From Candidatus Omnitrophota bacterium (GTDB lineage Bacteria > Omnitrophota > Gorgyraeia > JAGLLT01), in assembly GCA_023140385.1 (NCBI GenBank), contig JAGLLT010000017.1, forward strand, positions 1,754-65,753: 64,000 nt of DNA, in the 5' to 3' direction. Positions 27,936 to 37,478 of the stretch are shown one piece after another (the stretch's first letter is position 1; each line of letters starts with the position of its first letter). A program made the translations under genes and the position numbers. The notes beneath the pieces were generated by a model, which did not search any database, was not told where the DNA came from, and saw nothing but the letters and a program-made list of their open reading frames with translations.

Positions 27936-28742
27936 ATGGGTAATTCTTGCTTGTGCAAAGAATTCTTCAAGCTTCTTTCTATACTCATCCGATGTTACAT
28001 AAACTTCATCGTTGTGACCGCCTTCAAAAGGCAAAAATTGCTTAGGCTCCCCAGCCGCGTCAAAAAGAATTTGTCCGTGGTTAAAAGCAATAACTTCATC
28101 ATTTCTACCGTGAACTATCAGTTTTGGAATATCAATATTTTTTATCTTGTCCAGCGCGTCGTATTTTTGTGAAATCAAGAACTTCATAGGCAAAAACGGA
28201 TAAATCTGCTGTGCCCGTATAACAACTGAAGCAAAACTACTCTCCAGTATTAAGGCGCTTACTTTTCTTCTCAGGCAAACTTCGGCAGCGATTGGCCCTC
28301 CCAATGATTTACCATACATAACAATTTTAGATTTATCAACATCTTTCCTTGACATCAGATAATCGAACGCGGCAATCGCGTCATTATACAAACCTTTTTC
28401 GCCCGGCCTGCCGCTGCTTTTGCCATAGCCGCGATAGTCAAAAATAAAAAAATTCACTCCCATTTCATTAAAAAATTTTACTTTATGCAGGCGATGGCAT
28501 ATATTCCCGGCGTTGCCATGACAGTAGAGCACCGTAGTTTCCGCGTCCTTTGCCGGCACGTACCAGCCATTAAGAATTTCCCCGTCAGATGTTTTAAAAC
28601 TCAACTCCTCATATCCGATACCCACCTCAGCCGGAGTCTCTGAAACTTCCACAGCAGGATAATATAAACTTTTCTGCTCCAAAAAAATAAAATATACCCT
28701 AAAGAGTACAAGAGTAATAACAACTACAAAAAATATCTTCAT
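27915..28742 (-). CDS. Alpha/beta-fold hydrolase
   Basis: An N-terminal TM/signal segment, a GKSLGG nucleophile elbow and a C-terminal His. Confidence 0.7.
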   Translation of the reverse strand: MKIFFVVVITLVLFRVYFIFLEQKSLYYPAVEVSETPAEVGIGYEELSFKTSDGEILNGWYVPAKDAETTVLYCHGNAGNICHRLHKVKFFNEMGVNFFIFDYRGYGKSSGRPGEKGLYNDAIAAFDYLMSRKDVDKSKIVMYGKSLGGPIAAEVCLRRKVSALILESSFASVVIRAQQIYPFLPMKFLISQKYDALDKIKNIDIPKLIVHGRNDEVIAFNHGQILFDAAGEPKQFLPFEGGHNDEVYVTSDEYRKKLEEFFAQARITHMGTSKQ

Positions 28743-28744
28743 TA

Positions 28745-28828
28745 AGACCTCTCATCAAGACGTTCGCGTTCGCTCACTCTAAGAATTAAGACGCTCATTT
28801 CATTCGCTCTAAGGATTAAGTTTTTTTC
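28745..28828. repeat. Dispersed ~30-bp repeat family, two tandem units
   Basis: tcatcaagacgttcgcgttcgctcactctaagaattaagacgctcatttcattcgctctaaggattaag. Confidence 0.7.
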
Positions 28829-28833
28829 AATCC

Positions 28834-29796
28834 TTATTTCAACTGCAATCTTACAAAGACCGGCAGATGGTCGGAACCGATGTCTTCCAGAACACAACGC
28901 TCAATAACCTTAATCTCTTTACTGATTAGTACATGGTCTATCGGAATTCTCATAAAAGCCGGCCACATCGCCGGCCAACTCGCCTGCACCCCAATGCCTG
29001 CCGCGGTATCGTCCAATTTAGCCGCCTTTAAACCGTTAAAGCAACGCGACCAGGGGCTTGTATTAAAATCTCCGGCCACTACCACCTGACAATCACTGCC
29101 GCTAATTAAGGCGGAGAGTTCTCTTAACTGCTCGTTTCTTAAATGCCAGTATTCATCACTTATAGGAGGCACGGGATGGGTTGCCCATAAGATAATTTCG
29201 TCATCATCCTCTTCAATCAGACACTCAAGCGACGGCACCCCGGCTGAGCCTATGTATTTAACTTTGATGGCCATCGGAATTTTAGAAAAAACCGCTATCC
29301 CAAAGTTGTCATCCCGGGGCACAGCTTTATAAACTTTATAATCAGTAAGCGATTTTTCCAATTCATTATACCACGACTGGTCTATCTCTTCCAGGATAAC
29401 AATGTCCGGCATCTTAGTCTTAACAAGATTGATTAACATATCATACCTGCGGTTTGAAGTACAAACATTAGCCAAAAGTATCCTCAATTCTTTTTCAGGT
29501 ACCCTTAAAAAATTATCCCGGCGTGAAAAAGATAAATAAGGAAAAAGTGAAATAAAACAGAATAGCAAAACAACCCCCAAAACAGCCGCTTTTTTAAACT
29601 GCCTGCCAAATAACAAAATTAGCAGTGTAAAAAAAAGAAACACGCTCAACTGCACCCTAAAGTGCGTAAAAATATCAAAAAACCAATACCACCTTCCGGC
29701 AAAACTAACTACAGGCCCCGCGACACCAGCTAAAAAAACAGTCCAACAAAAAGATTTTTTCATTTTTCCTTCCGCTAACCTAATTTTCTTTATCAA
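28834..29796 (-). CDS. Endonuclease/exonuclease/phosphatase (EEP) family protein with N-terminal TM helices
   Basis: The C-terminus …IDHVLISKE…DIGSDHLPVFVRL shows the EEP catalytic His/Asp motifs. Confidence 0.65.
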   Translation of the reverse strand: MIKKIRLAEGKMKKSFCWTVFLAGVAGPVVSFAGRWYWFFDIFTHFRVQLSVFLFFTLLILLFGRQFKKAAVLGVVLLFCFISLFPYLSFSRRDNFLRVPEKELRILLANVCTSNRRYDMLINLVKTKMPDIVILEEIDQSWYNELEKSLTDYKVYKAVPRDDNFGIAVFSKIPMAIKVKYIGSAGVPSLECLIEEDDDEIILWATHPVPPISDEYWHLRNEQLRELSALISGSDCQVVVAGDFNTSPWSRCFNGLKAAKLDDTAAGIGVQASWPAMWPAFMRIPIDHVLISKEIKVIERCVLEDIGSDHLPVFVRLQLK

Positions 29797-29836
29797 CCTT
29801 CTTTTTTTAAATCTTTTTACTTTTACACTATATTTT

Positions 29837-29860
29837 TACACTTTTCGCTTTACGCTTTTA
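29837..29860. promoter_or_regulatory. Recurrent upstream motif tacacttttcgctttacgcttt, copy 3 of 3
   Basis: It lies 22-64 bp 5' of the 28834-29796 start. Confidence 0.25.
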
Positions 29861-29869
29861 GTTTTTTAC

Positions 29870-30199
29870 TTAATCCTTTTCTACTATCCCCCGCCACAGC
29901 TGTTTTGCTTCTTCCAGCCTGCCTTCTTCAAAGTATCTCTCGGCAAGTTCACGCTGTCTTTTTAGTTCTTGTTCAAAGCGTACTCTGTCTCTAACATACT
30001 CCTCCTCTTCTATATAAACAACCCTTGCCCTCTGAGCCGCCTCTTTGTATAAGGCTTTAGCTTCTTTAAGACGGCCTTCTTTTTCAAGTTTTTGAGCGAG
30101 GGTGAACTTTTCATATATGCTTTTTATCTCTTCGTCACTCCCGGCACGTTCATTTGCTCTCTGCCAGGCCCACTTCTCTGGGAAGCTCTGTAGCGCCAT
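29870..30199 (-). CDS. Hypothetical charged helical protein, possibly the out-of-frame continuation of the upstream DUF2341 gene
   Basis: ORF only. It overlaps 30150-30443 by 50 nt in another frame. Confidence 0.3.
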   Translation of the reverse strand: MALQSFPEKWAWQRANERAGSDEEIKSIYEKFTLAQKLEKEGRLKEAKALYKEAAQRARVVYIEEEEYVRDRVRFEQELKRQRELAERYFEEGRLEEAKQLWRGIVEKD

Positions 30200-30443
30200 T
30201 GACTTTAGTTACACGGATATCGCTGGCATCGCTCTGATTGACGTGAGCATGAAAACCGGCGGGAAGGTTGGATAAATTCACATAAATAGAATAATCGGTT
30301 ACATCCGTATCAACTTCGGATGCAAGTATGGTAACCTTAACTCTATACGGCCAGGCAGAATCATACCACCCCGCGTCTGCCTCAATGGCAAAACCTAACA
30401 CCAACCCAAATAGTATTGCTAAACAAATTAACCGTTTGTTCAA
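30150..30443 (-). CDS. DUF2341-like secreted domain, apparently truncated (possible frameshift)
   Basis: Signal peptide present. GWYDSAWPYRVKVTI…DIRVTKVNGATELPREV matches the W-YR…DIRF…LP-EIE pattern of DUF2341. The ORF ends where that family continues. Confidence 0.4.
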   Translation of the reverse strand: MNKRLICLAILFGLVLGFAIEADAGWYDSAWPYRVKVTILASEVDTDVTDYSIYVNLSNLPAGFHAHVNQSDASDIRVTKVNGATELPREVGLAESK

Positions 30444-30569
30444 TATCGCTCCATATTCCTAACAAATCAAATGCTCCACTCGGCATTCTATTGGTTCATA
30501 TTATTGATTTGTGCAGCGGGAATTGAGTGTTGCGTGGATTTGTCCCAAATTTATGTACTGTCAAAAATA

Positions 30570-31889
30570 TTACATATCTTTTAAAAGTTTATTTGCTGTA
30601 GACTTCTCGATAGTATCTTTGAATGTTTGCAATGCTTCTGACAATGTCTTTAATTCCTTGGTCTGCGCAACAGGTATACTGTCAACTCCTCTTTGCTCTA
30701 ACGCGTCAATGATGTACTTTATGGTAAACTTATTAATATCACGGGCGGGTTGATAAGCTATCTCTTTATATTTTTCTGTCTTAGTCTCAGAAATGATTTC
30801 GCTTTCAACTAACTCATAAAGTATCTCACGTGCCAGCCGGATGGGAATTTCCAGGGTATGTGAAATTTGGGCGGTAGTTAACGGCTTATATCCGTTAGAA
30901 AAGTTCTTAATTAATAAATGGGCCGTTCGTAGAGAAAGTAGCTTTTTAAAAGAGTAACTTACTCGTAAGCAATCCGGTTCAAATTCATACGTATCTACAT
31001 TCTGATGAGCAAAAGAAATCTCCGCTCCAAAAAGAACTATCAACCAGCTAAGCTGGAGCCACACCAAAAACAAAGGTAACGCCGCAAAGCTTCCATAAAT
31101 AGCATTATATTTGACCGCTCCAACCTGAAAATTTATATACGCCCACTGAGTAATCTGGTAAATCGTTCCTGCCGTTATTCCCGCTAAAATACCGGATTTA
31201 AGATTAACTTTGGTATTAGGCATAAAAATATAAATAAAAGTAAAAAGCACCCAGATTACAGAATAAGGCAGTAATTTGAGAATTAAAAATAATAAATTGC
31301 TAAAAACTCCCAAAAATGTGAATTTTTCAATTATAAATGTAACCTGAGTAGCTATGAATACCGTAATACTGCTGGACATAATAATAAGAATAGGGCACAG
31401 GAGCATTATAGACAGATAATCACTGAACTTGCGCCCCATACGTCGTGGTACTTTTATTCCCCAGATATCATTAAATGAACGCTCAATGTTACCTAAGACT
31501 TTTATAACCGTCCAAAAAAGAATTGCCACACCTATGCCGGCTATTATACCTCCTCTGGTATTTTCAAGGAGCGAATTGGCAAAATCAACAATTTGCGCTA
31601 TCACCTCTTCTTGGCCGGAAAATTTTCCTAAGAGTTGTTTTTCAAGAAGTTTCTCAAAACCAAAACCCTTAGCGATGCCAAAGGCCATAGCTACCACCGG
31701 CACAATTGAAAGCAGAGAATAAAAGGTAAGAGCTGATGCCCTTAACTGGCACTTATCTTCATTAAATCCCCGCAGTGCCAGGAGAATAACTCTTAACTGT
31801 TTAATAAAAAAAGATTTTGTGCGGGGAAGAGTTCGCAAGCGAATTCTCCAAACGTCGGTTTTGATAAAATTAATAATTCTTGATATCAT
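30570..31889 (-). CDS. YihY/BrkB-family membrane protein with a C-terminal soluble extension
   Basis: About 6 TM helices and an N-terminus …LALRGFNEDKCQLRASALTFYSLLSIVP… typical of YihY. Confidence 0.7.
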   Translation of the reverse strand: MISRIINFIKTDVWRIRLRTLPRTKSFFIKQLRVILLALRGFNEDKCQLRASALTFYSLLSIVPVVAMAFGIAKGFGFEKLLEKQLLGKFSGQEEVIAQIVDFANSLLENTRGGIIAGIGVAILFWTVIKVLGNIERSFNDIWGIKVPRRMGRKFSDYLSIMLLCPILIIMSSSITVFIATQVTFIIEKFTFLGVFSNLLFLILKLLPYSVIWVLFTFIYIFMPNTKVNLKSGILAGITAGTIYQITQWAYINFQVGAVKYNAIYGSFAALPLFLVWLQLSWLIVLFGAEISFAHQNVDTYEFEPDCLRVSYSFKKLLSLRTAHLLIKNFSNGYKPLTTAQISHTLEIPIRLAREILYELVESEIISETKTEKYKEIAYQPARDINKFTIKYIIDALEQRGVDSIPVAQTKELKTLSEALQTFKDTIEKSTANKLLKDM

Positions 31890-31956
31890 AATTGCCCCAT
31901 TCTTCTAAATCCCTTTTTTATTTTATACACTGCGCCTTGACTCGCTTTTACTGTGT

Positions 31957-32397
31957 CTATTTTTTGCTTTTACCAAATCCCTTCTTTTGCCCTTCTCCCA
32001 AACCTTTTGTGTGTTTTTTTTGTTTCTTTTCCGCTTTTTCCTTTCCTTGCTTAGCTTTTTTTCTGGCTTCTTTTAGTATCTTTTCTTCATTCTTTAGAGC
32101 GTCCTTTGCCCCCTTATAGGCTTCTCGCAACTCTGCCGATTTTTTCTTTGCCTCATGGAGAACCTTCTTGCGCGCCTCTTTTTCCTCTTTCGTCTTGCCG
32201 AAGCTTAAAAAACTTTCCATAGCTGCTTTTCTTGCTTCTTTTTTTGCCTGAATATACTCTTTTTTTACTTGCCCCAAACTTTCCTTTGAAGCTTTTATCT
32301 GAGCAGAGTAATCCTCGTCGCCTATTTGCGCAAAAGATGAGGAGAAAGAAAAAAGAAACAAACTCAACATAGTCAAGCTTAACAATCTTTTAAGCAT
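31957..32397 (-). CDS. Secreted lysine-rich coiled-coil protein (possibly Skp/OmpH-like)
   Basis: It has a signal peptide and a K/E-rich helical sequence. The chaperone assignment is an inference only. Confidence 0.35.
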   Translation of the reverse strand: MLKRLLSLTMLSLFLFSFSSSFAQIGDEDYSAQIKASKESLGQVKKEYIQAKKEARKAAMESFLSFGKTKEEKEARKKVLHEAKKKSAELREAYKGAKDALKNEEKILKEARKKAKQGKEKAEKKQKKHTKGLGEGQKKGFGKSKK

Positions 32398-32523
32398 AAA
32401 TAACCACCCCTTTCTTTTATTATTTACGTGATATCCGTGTTCTGTTTTTTTTAATAAACTCCTGGCCGATAATAAGCAAAACGAGCGCGCCCATCTCAGC
32501 CTCCCTCTATTCTGCCAAGTATG

Positions 32524-32892
32524 TTATTGACCAAAGCCAGGTACTTTTTTCTCCACATCTTCTGTGACAGCGCTAACCGCTTCCTGCGCCTTAGCTATCA
32601 ACGCCTCCTTAGCTTTCTCCAGCAAATTCTTTGCTTCCTGTGAATCCTTGTCCACATACCTAAGGATATACTGAGCTATATCAACCGCGCCTTGAAACTC
32701 CTTTGAACTGTAGAGCGTGTTTGCCTGTCCGATAAGATAATTTATCTTTTGTCCGGTTGTTTCCATAGACTTAGATGCCTCAATAGCCTCATTGCTTGAA
32801 GCAACTTTTTTCTCCGAACAGCCAATAATACCCAAGCCAAACATGAAACAACAAACTACAATAATTACCAAACCTCTCTTCATAATAATCAC
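32524..32892 (-). CDS. Lipoprotein, unknown function
   Basis: Signal peptide with lipobox LGIIGC. Confidence 0.5.
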   Translation of the reverse strand: MIIMKRGLVIIVVCCFMFGLGIIGCSEKKVASSNEAIEASKSMETTGQKINYLIGQANTLYSSKEFQGAVDIAQYILRYVDKDSQEAKNLLEKAKEALIAKAQEAVSAVTEDVEKKVPGFGQ

Positions 32893-33061
32893 CTCCTTAT
32901 TTAATGTATCTTATTTAACTCTTTTTTTTATTATACCACAATATTAAAGAAAATTTATTTTAACCTTAATAAGGGGATATTCAATCTTTTTCGGTCGTGC
33001 CCAGATGCAGGGTGTATTGTAACAACACGGTGTAATATAAGATTGACAAATATTTCTAATC

Positions 33062-33610
33062 ATGCGACACTGTTACATTATGAAAAATAGAAGCTTAGGT
33101 CCTGAACAAAAAGCACTCCTTGATGTCGCGCGGCTGATGTGCCTGGCGGCCAGAACGGCTCCCAAAACAAAGGGTATTGACAATATTGTCCTTAAGATTT
33201 TAAAGAAACCGGCATTCTCAAAGATTATAAAGGAAATGGAGCGGACAGCTACAGAAGAAAACAAAAGCAGTTTTTACCGCGACGCCCAGAATTTAAAACA
33301 GAGCGGCCTTCTTATTTTAATCGGGTGCAGATCAAATCCCATGGGCATTACCTACTGCGGTTTCTGCGGACACAATAACTGCCGGGAACTCAGCAAAACT
33401 AAGGGCATCTGCGCTTTTAATTCTATTGACCTGGGAATAGCGGCCGGATCGGCCGTCTCAATAGCCTGCCTTCATCATGCCGATAACAGAATAATGTACT
33501 CTATTGGAAAAGCTGCCATAAAAAAAGACCTGTTTAAAGATAAATCAATTAAACAAGCCTTAGGTATTCCGCTTAGCGCTTCCGGGAAAAATCCTTTTTT
33601 TGACAGATAA
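33062..33610 (+). CDS. DUF2148-type ferredoxin-domain protein
   Basis: ARTAPKTKGIDNI and CGFCGHNNC (Cys-rich) recall the COG4739/DUF2148 family. Confidence 0.45.
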   Translation: MRHCYIMKNRSLGPEQKALLDVARLMCLAARTAPKTKGIDNIVLKILKKPAFSKIIKEMERTATEENKSSFYRDAQNLKQSGLLILIGCRSNPMGITYCGFCGHNNCRELSKTKGICAFNSIDLGIAAGSAVSIACLHHADNRIMYSIGKAAIKKDLFKDKSIKQALGIPLSASGKNPFFDR

Positions 33611-33614
33611 GATT

Positions 33615-35237
33615 TTAAGATACTGACTTTGTGCTTAAGCCTATCTTTCTTTCTTCATCGTCTAACTTTATAACTTTCACTTTTATTTCATCACCTTCTT
33701 TAAAAATCTCTGTTAAATCACCTGAAGGCTTCTCTTCCAACTCGCTGACATGAACCAGGCCCTCAATATCCTTTTCCAGCTCTACAAAGAGACCAAAGCT
33801 CATAATCTTGGTTACCCTACCGCTAATAATCAGACCCGGAGCATACTTTTCTTTGATATCAGCCCACGGATCCGGCGTTAGCTGCTTTAAGCCTAAGGAA
33901 ATTTTGTGACTCCCGGTATCAACAGAAAGGATGACAACTTCTATTTTATCACCTTTTTTTAATATCTCCTCAGGATGATTGACCTTTTTGGTCCAGGACA
34001 GGTCAGAAACATGAATCAGCCCGTCAATACCATCTTCAAGCTCTATAAAAGCGCCATAATTAGTTATATGGCGTACCTTCCCCTCAACCTTTGAGCCAAC
34101 GGGATACTTCTTGGCAATGTCCTCCCACGGATTACCCTCCGTCTGCTTAAGCCCCAGAGATATTTTTCTGTTATCTTTGTCAATGTTTAAAACTACCACC
34201 TCAACTATATCCCCTATAGCCACCATCTCCTGAGGATCAGCTACTCTTCTTACCCAGGAAAATTCAGAGATATGAATTAGGCCCTCTATGCCCTTTTCCA
34301 GTTCAACAAAGGCGCCGTAGTTGACTAAATTAACAACCTTCCCCTTAACCTTTGAACCAACCGGATACTTACTTTCAACCTCTCCCCAGGGATTAGCCGT
34401 CTTTTGCTTAAGCCCCAGAGACACGCGCATATTTTCCTTGTTAAAATCGAGAATTATCACCTCTACATTATCTCCGATTGCCAACATTTCGGAAGGATGA
34501 CTAATTCTACCCCAACTCATATCGGTTATATGAAGCAAGCCGTCAATACCGCCTAAATCGACAAAGGCGCCGAAATCGGTGATATTTTTAACAACACCTT
34601 TTCTTAGCTGGCCCTTCTCCATCTCTTTTAATAACTGCTCCTTGTGCTTAGACATCTCCATATCAAGAAAATCCCTGCGGGAGACAACAATATTTTTGCG
34701 GGGTTTATTAATTTTTACAATTTTAAATTTATAATTCCGCCCCAGAAGCTGATTTAGTTCCTTCGGATTCCTGATACCCGCGAGCGAAGCCGGCAAAAAG
34801 GCCTGTATGCCTACATCCACCATCAGCCCGCCCTTAACCTTCCTGGTAATGGTTCCCTCTATAATATCCTGTTCATTGTAATTATCTATGATGCTTTCCC
34901 AGTTCTTGATTACGTCGGCTTTAGTCTTGGAGATCACCACCATACCGTCATCGTTTTCTTTATTCTCCAGCAGGACATCTACTTCATCACCAACGCTTAT
35001 GGATGCCGGGTCTTTAAACTCCGACAAAGAGAGTACCCCTTCCGACTTATAGCCCACATCTACCAGCACCTCCTTATCGGTAATATCAATAATTTTACCG
35101 GTAACAATAGAGCCTTCCTCAAGGTGCCTGAAGGACTCCTCATAGATTTTATCCAGATCAAACTCTTTTTCCACGTCTTTTTCTTTTAATTCTGCTTCGT
35201 TGGGTTCTAAAGGTTCCACGTTTTCTGTGTTAAACAT
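33615..35237 (-). CDS. rpsA: 30S ribosomal protein S1 (six S1 domains)
   Basis: The S1 motifs repeat (G.V…GAFV.L..G..GL.H.S….). Length 540 aa. Confidence 0.9.
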   Translation of the reverse strand: MFNTENVEPLEPNEAELKEKDVEKEFDLDKIYEESFRHLEEGSIVTGKIIDITDKEVLVDVGYKSEGVLSLSEFKDPASISVGDEVDVLLENKENDDGMVVISKTKADVIKNWESIIDNYNEQDIIEGTITRKVKGGLMVDVGIQAFLPASLAGIRNPKELNQLLGRNYKFKIVKINKPRKNIVVSRRDFLDMEMSKHKEQLLKEMEKGQLRKGVVKNITDFGAFVDLGGIDGLLHITDMSWGRISHPSEMLAIGDNVEVIILDFNKENMRVSLGLKQKTANPWGEVESKYPVGSKVKGKVVNLVNYGAFVELEKGIEGLIHISEFSWVRRVADPQEMVAIGDIVEVVVLNIDKDNRKISLGLKQTEGNPWEDIAKKYPVGSKVEGKVRHITNYGAFIELEDGIDGLIHVSDLSWTKKVNHPEEILKKGDKIEVVILSVDTGSHKISLGLKQLTPDPWADIKEKYAPGLIISGRVTKIMSFGLFVELEKDIEGLVHVSELEEKPSGDLTEIFKEGDEIKVKVIKLDDEERKIGLSTKSVS

Positions 35238-35342
35238 ATTGGTAAATTACCTCCTTAAAAAAGATATTTTATTATCATATTATAGTAAAAAAGTTTTGTC
35301 AAGCAAAAGATTTAATAAATAGCAAAAAAAATGGCCTTACGT

Positions 35343-35957
35343 TTATTTTTTCCGCGCTCTAACGGCTGCCAGAACATCTATCTCCCTCATAACCCTGTCC
35401 GTAAAATCCTTATAGCTATTCTTATCCGAACTCTTCGGCGGATAAACCGCCTTAGCGAAATATACGGATACCCTGGCAATCTTAATAAATCCGGCGCCTC
35501 TAGGAAGCGCCTTATCGGTTCCTGAAACAAAGGCCGGTATAACAGGACATCCGGCTCTCGCGGCTATCAGTCCAACGCCTGACAAACCCGTTCGCAGTTT
35601 GCCGTCATAACTTCTGGTTCCCTCAGGAAAGACAAGCAAGCCCGCGTTTGTTTTGAGAATGCCCAGAGCCTTTCTAATGGCCGCAATATTACTTCCTTCT
35701 CCATCGCTTAAGGGAAAAGCACCCACACTTTTAATCAATAAACCAAAACATCTATTCTTGAACAAACTACCCCTGGTAATAAAAGCAACCCTCCGGGGAG
35801 AGGCTACGCCTACAACCACAGGATCAAGATAACTCACGTGGTTGGCGGCAACGATAAAAGGGCCCGCGGCCGGAATATTTTCGGCTCCCAAAACTCTGAT
35901 TCTAAAAAAGAGTTTAAAAAGTACAGTAAATATAGCCCTGCTAAACCAGTACAGCAT
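35343..35957 (-). CDS. plsC: 1-acyl-sn-glycerol-3-phosphate acyltransferase
   Basis: NHVSYLDP (HX4D) and FPEGTRS motifs. Confidence 0.8.
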   Translation of the reverse strand: MLYWFSRAIFTVLFKLFFRIRVLGAENIPAAGPFIVAANHVSYLDPVVVGVASPRRVAFITRGSLFKNRCFGLLIKSVGAFPLSDGEGSNIAAIRKALGILKTNAGLLVFPEGTRSYDGKLRTGLSGVGLIAARAGCPVIPAFVSGTDKALPRGAGFIKIARVSVYFAKAVYPPKSSDKNSYKDFTDRVMREIDVLAAVRARKK

Positions 35958-35958
35958 A

Positions 35959-36624
35959 TTATTTAATATATGAAGTTATCTTTTTAACAACCTGAACTAT
36001 TGTAAGTTTCGTAGTATCAATATAAATCGCGTCCTCAGCCCGTCTTAAAGCTCCAACCCGCCTTCCGGTATCTTTTTTATCCCGCGCGTTCATATCTCTG
36101 CCAAGAATGTCCAGAACAACACCTTTACCTTCCGAGAGCAGCTGCTGATGGCGCCTGCTCAACCTCTCTTCAAAGGAGGCATCAAGGTAAAACTTTTTAT
36201 CAGCGTTAGGAAAAACTACAGTCGTCGTATCCCTGCCTTCAATAACTATATCTCTGCCTTCTCCGAGAGTACGCTGAAGGCTGACCATTAACTCTCTTAT
36301 CTCCGGAATGTTGGCTAAATAAGCAACGTTATTTGTAACCTCCGGCTCCCTTATCCGCTCTGTTACATCTTCTTCATCCAACAAAACTCTTAACGAACGG
36401 CCATTGGCGCTTTCCAGTTTTACGTTTGTTCCGCGGGCAAGTTCAATCAAAGCCTTTTTGGAGTTTAAATCAATACCGCCACGCAGGGTTTTAAAAGTAA
36501 GCGCCCTATACATGGCTCCGGTATCAACATATACATATCCGAGCTCTTCAGCCAGCATCCGGGCAACGGTACTTTTTCCCGAGCCGGCCGGCCCGTCAAT
36601 TGCTACAACAAAACCCTTTTTCAA
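35959..36624 (-). CDS. cmk: Cytidylate kinase
   Basis: VAIDGPAGSGKSTVA P-loop with cmk-like length and context next to rpsA. Confidence 0.9.
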   Translation of the reverse strand: MKKGFVVAIDGPAGSGKSTVARMLAEELGYVYVDTGAMYRALTFKTLRGGIDLNSKKALIELARGTNVKLESANGRSLRVLLDEEDVTERIREPEVTNNVAYLANIPEIRELMVSLQRTLGEGRDIVIEGRDTTTVVFPNADKKFYLDASFEERLSRRHQQLLSEGKGVVLDILGRDMNARDKKDTGRRVGALRRAEDAIYIDTTKLTIVQVVKKITSYIK

Positions 36625-37466
36625 CCTTTAATCATCTTTCTTGCCGTCTTTGCTTTTTTAAATTCCCGGCTTATAGCCGGACCATTCAAGTCATCTATCT
36701 CTTTTTTTATAACCTTCATGCGTCTTATATATCCATCCAAAGCAAGCGAAATACATCTTCGGTTGCTTAAACAAATATCCCGCCATATTTTTGCTGAAGA
36801 AGATGAAATTCTCGTAGTATCCCTGAAACCGCTGGAAACAAAGTCCGTGTCTCCGTTATTTAGCTCATTAACTAATGCCACGGCCGCTAAATGCGGCAGA
36901 TGACTAATCCGCGCCACGATTTCGTCATGCCGGCCCGGAGTCAAAACCTTAACTTTAGCGCCAAGCTTTCTCCAAAAAGCGCTGATTTTCTTAAGGTCAT
37001 TTAAAGTGGTTCTTTTTGATTTGGTAACAATACAAACAGAACCCTCAAAAAGCCCGGCTCTGGCAAACTCTACACCTGTCCTTTCGGAACCCGCCATAGG
37101 GTGCCCGCCTACAAAAGAGACGCCCGAAGGCAATATTTTTTCTACTTCCTCCACTATCTCACCTTTTGTGCTGGCCACGTCGGTTATAAGACAACCTTTT
37201 TTAAGATAGGGTAATATTTTTTTGATAATTCGGCTCACCATTTTAACAGGCGTGCATATTATTACCAGATCAGCGCCCGAGACAGCCTTTTTCAGCGAAA
37301 GAGTCCCGCTGTCAATCGCCTTACGGCAAAGCGCTTTAGCCAGCGTAGACCTTTTCGTAGTAAGCCCTCTAATCTCTTGGGCCGCTCCTTTTTTCTTAAC
37401 CGCTAAACCAATAGAGCCGCCTATAAGCCCCACTCCCAAAATAGCGATCTTTTTGAACTCTTTCAT
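36621..37466 (-). CDS. tyrA: Prephenate dehydrogenase
   Basis: IAILGVGLIGGSIGLA Rossmann motif and a conserved GGHPMAG. Confidence 0.8.
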   Translation of the reverse strand: MKEFKKIAILGVGLIGGSIGLAVKKKGAAQEIRGLTTKRSTLAKALCRKAIDSGTLSLKKAVSGADLVIICTPVKMVSRIIKKILPYLKKGCLITDVASTKGEIVEEVEKILPSGVSFVGGHPMAGSERTGVEFARAGLFEGSVCIVTKSKRTTLNDLKKISAFWRKLGAKVKVLTPGRHDEIVARISHLPHLAAVALVNELNNGDTDFVSSGFRDTTRISSSSAKIWRDICLSNRRCISLALDGYIRRMKVIKKEIDDLNGPAISREFKKAKTARKMIKG

Positions 37467-37478
37467 TTCTTAATCCAC

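Noticed and set aside
27773-27988. 71-aa minus-strand ORF (Q/N-rich)
   Set aside because: It lies wholly inside the palindromic 'aaccaataacc' repeat and its low-complexity translation is dictated by the repeat.
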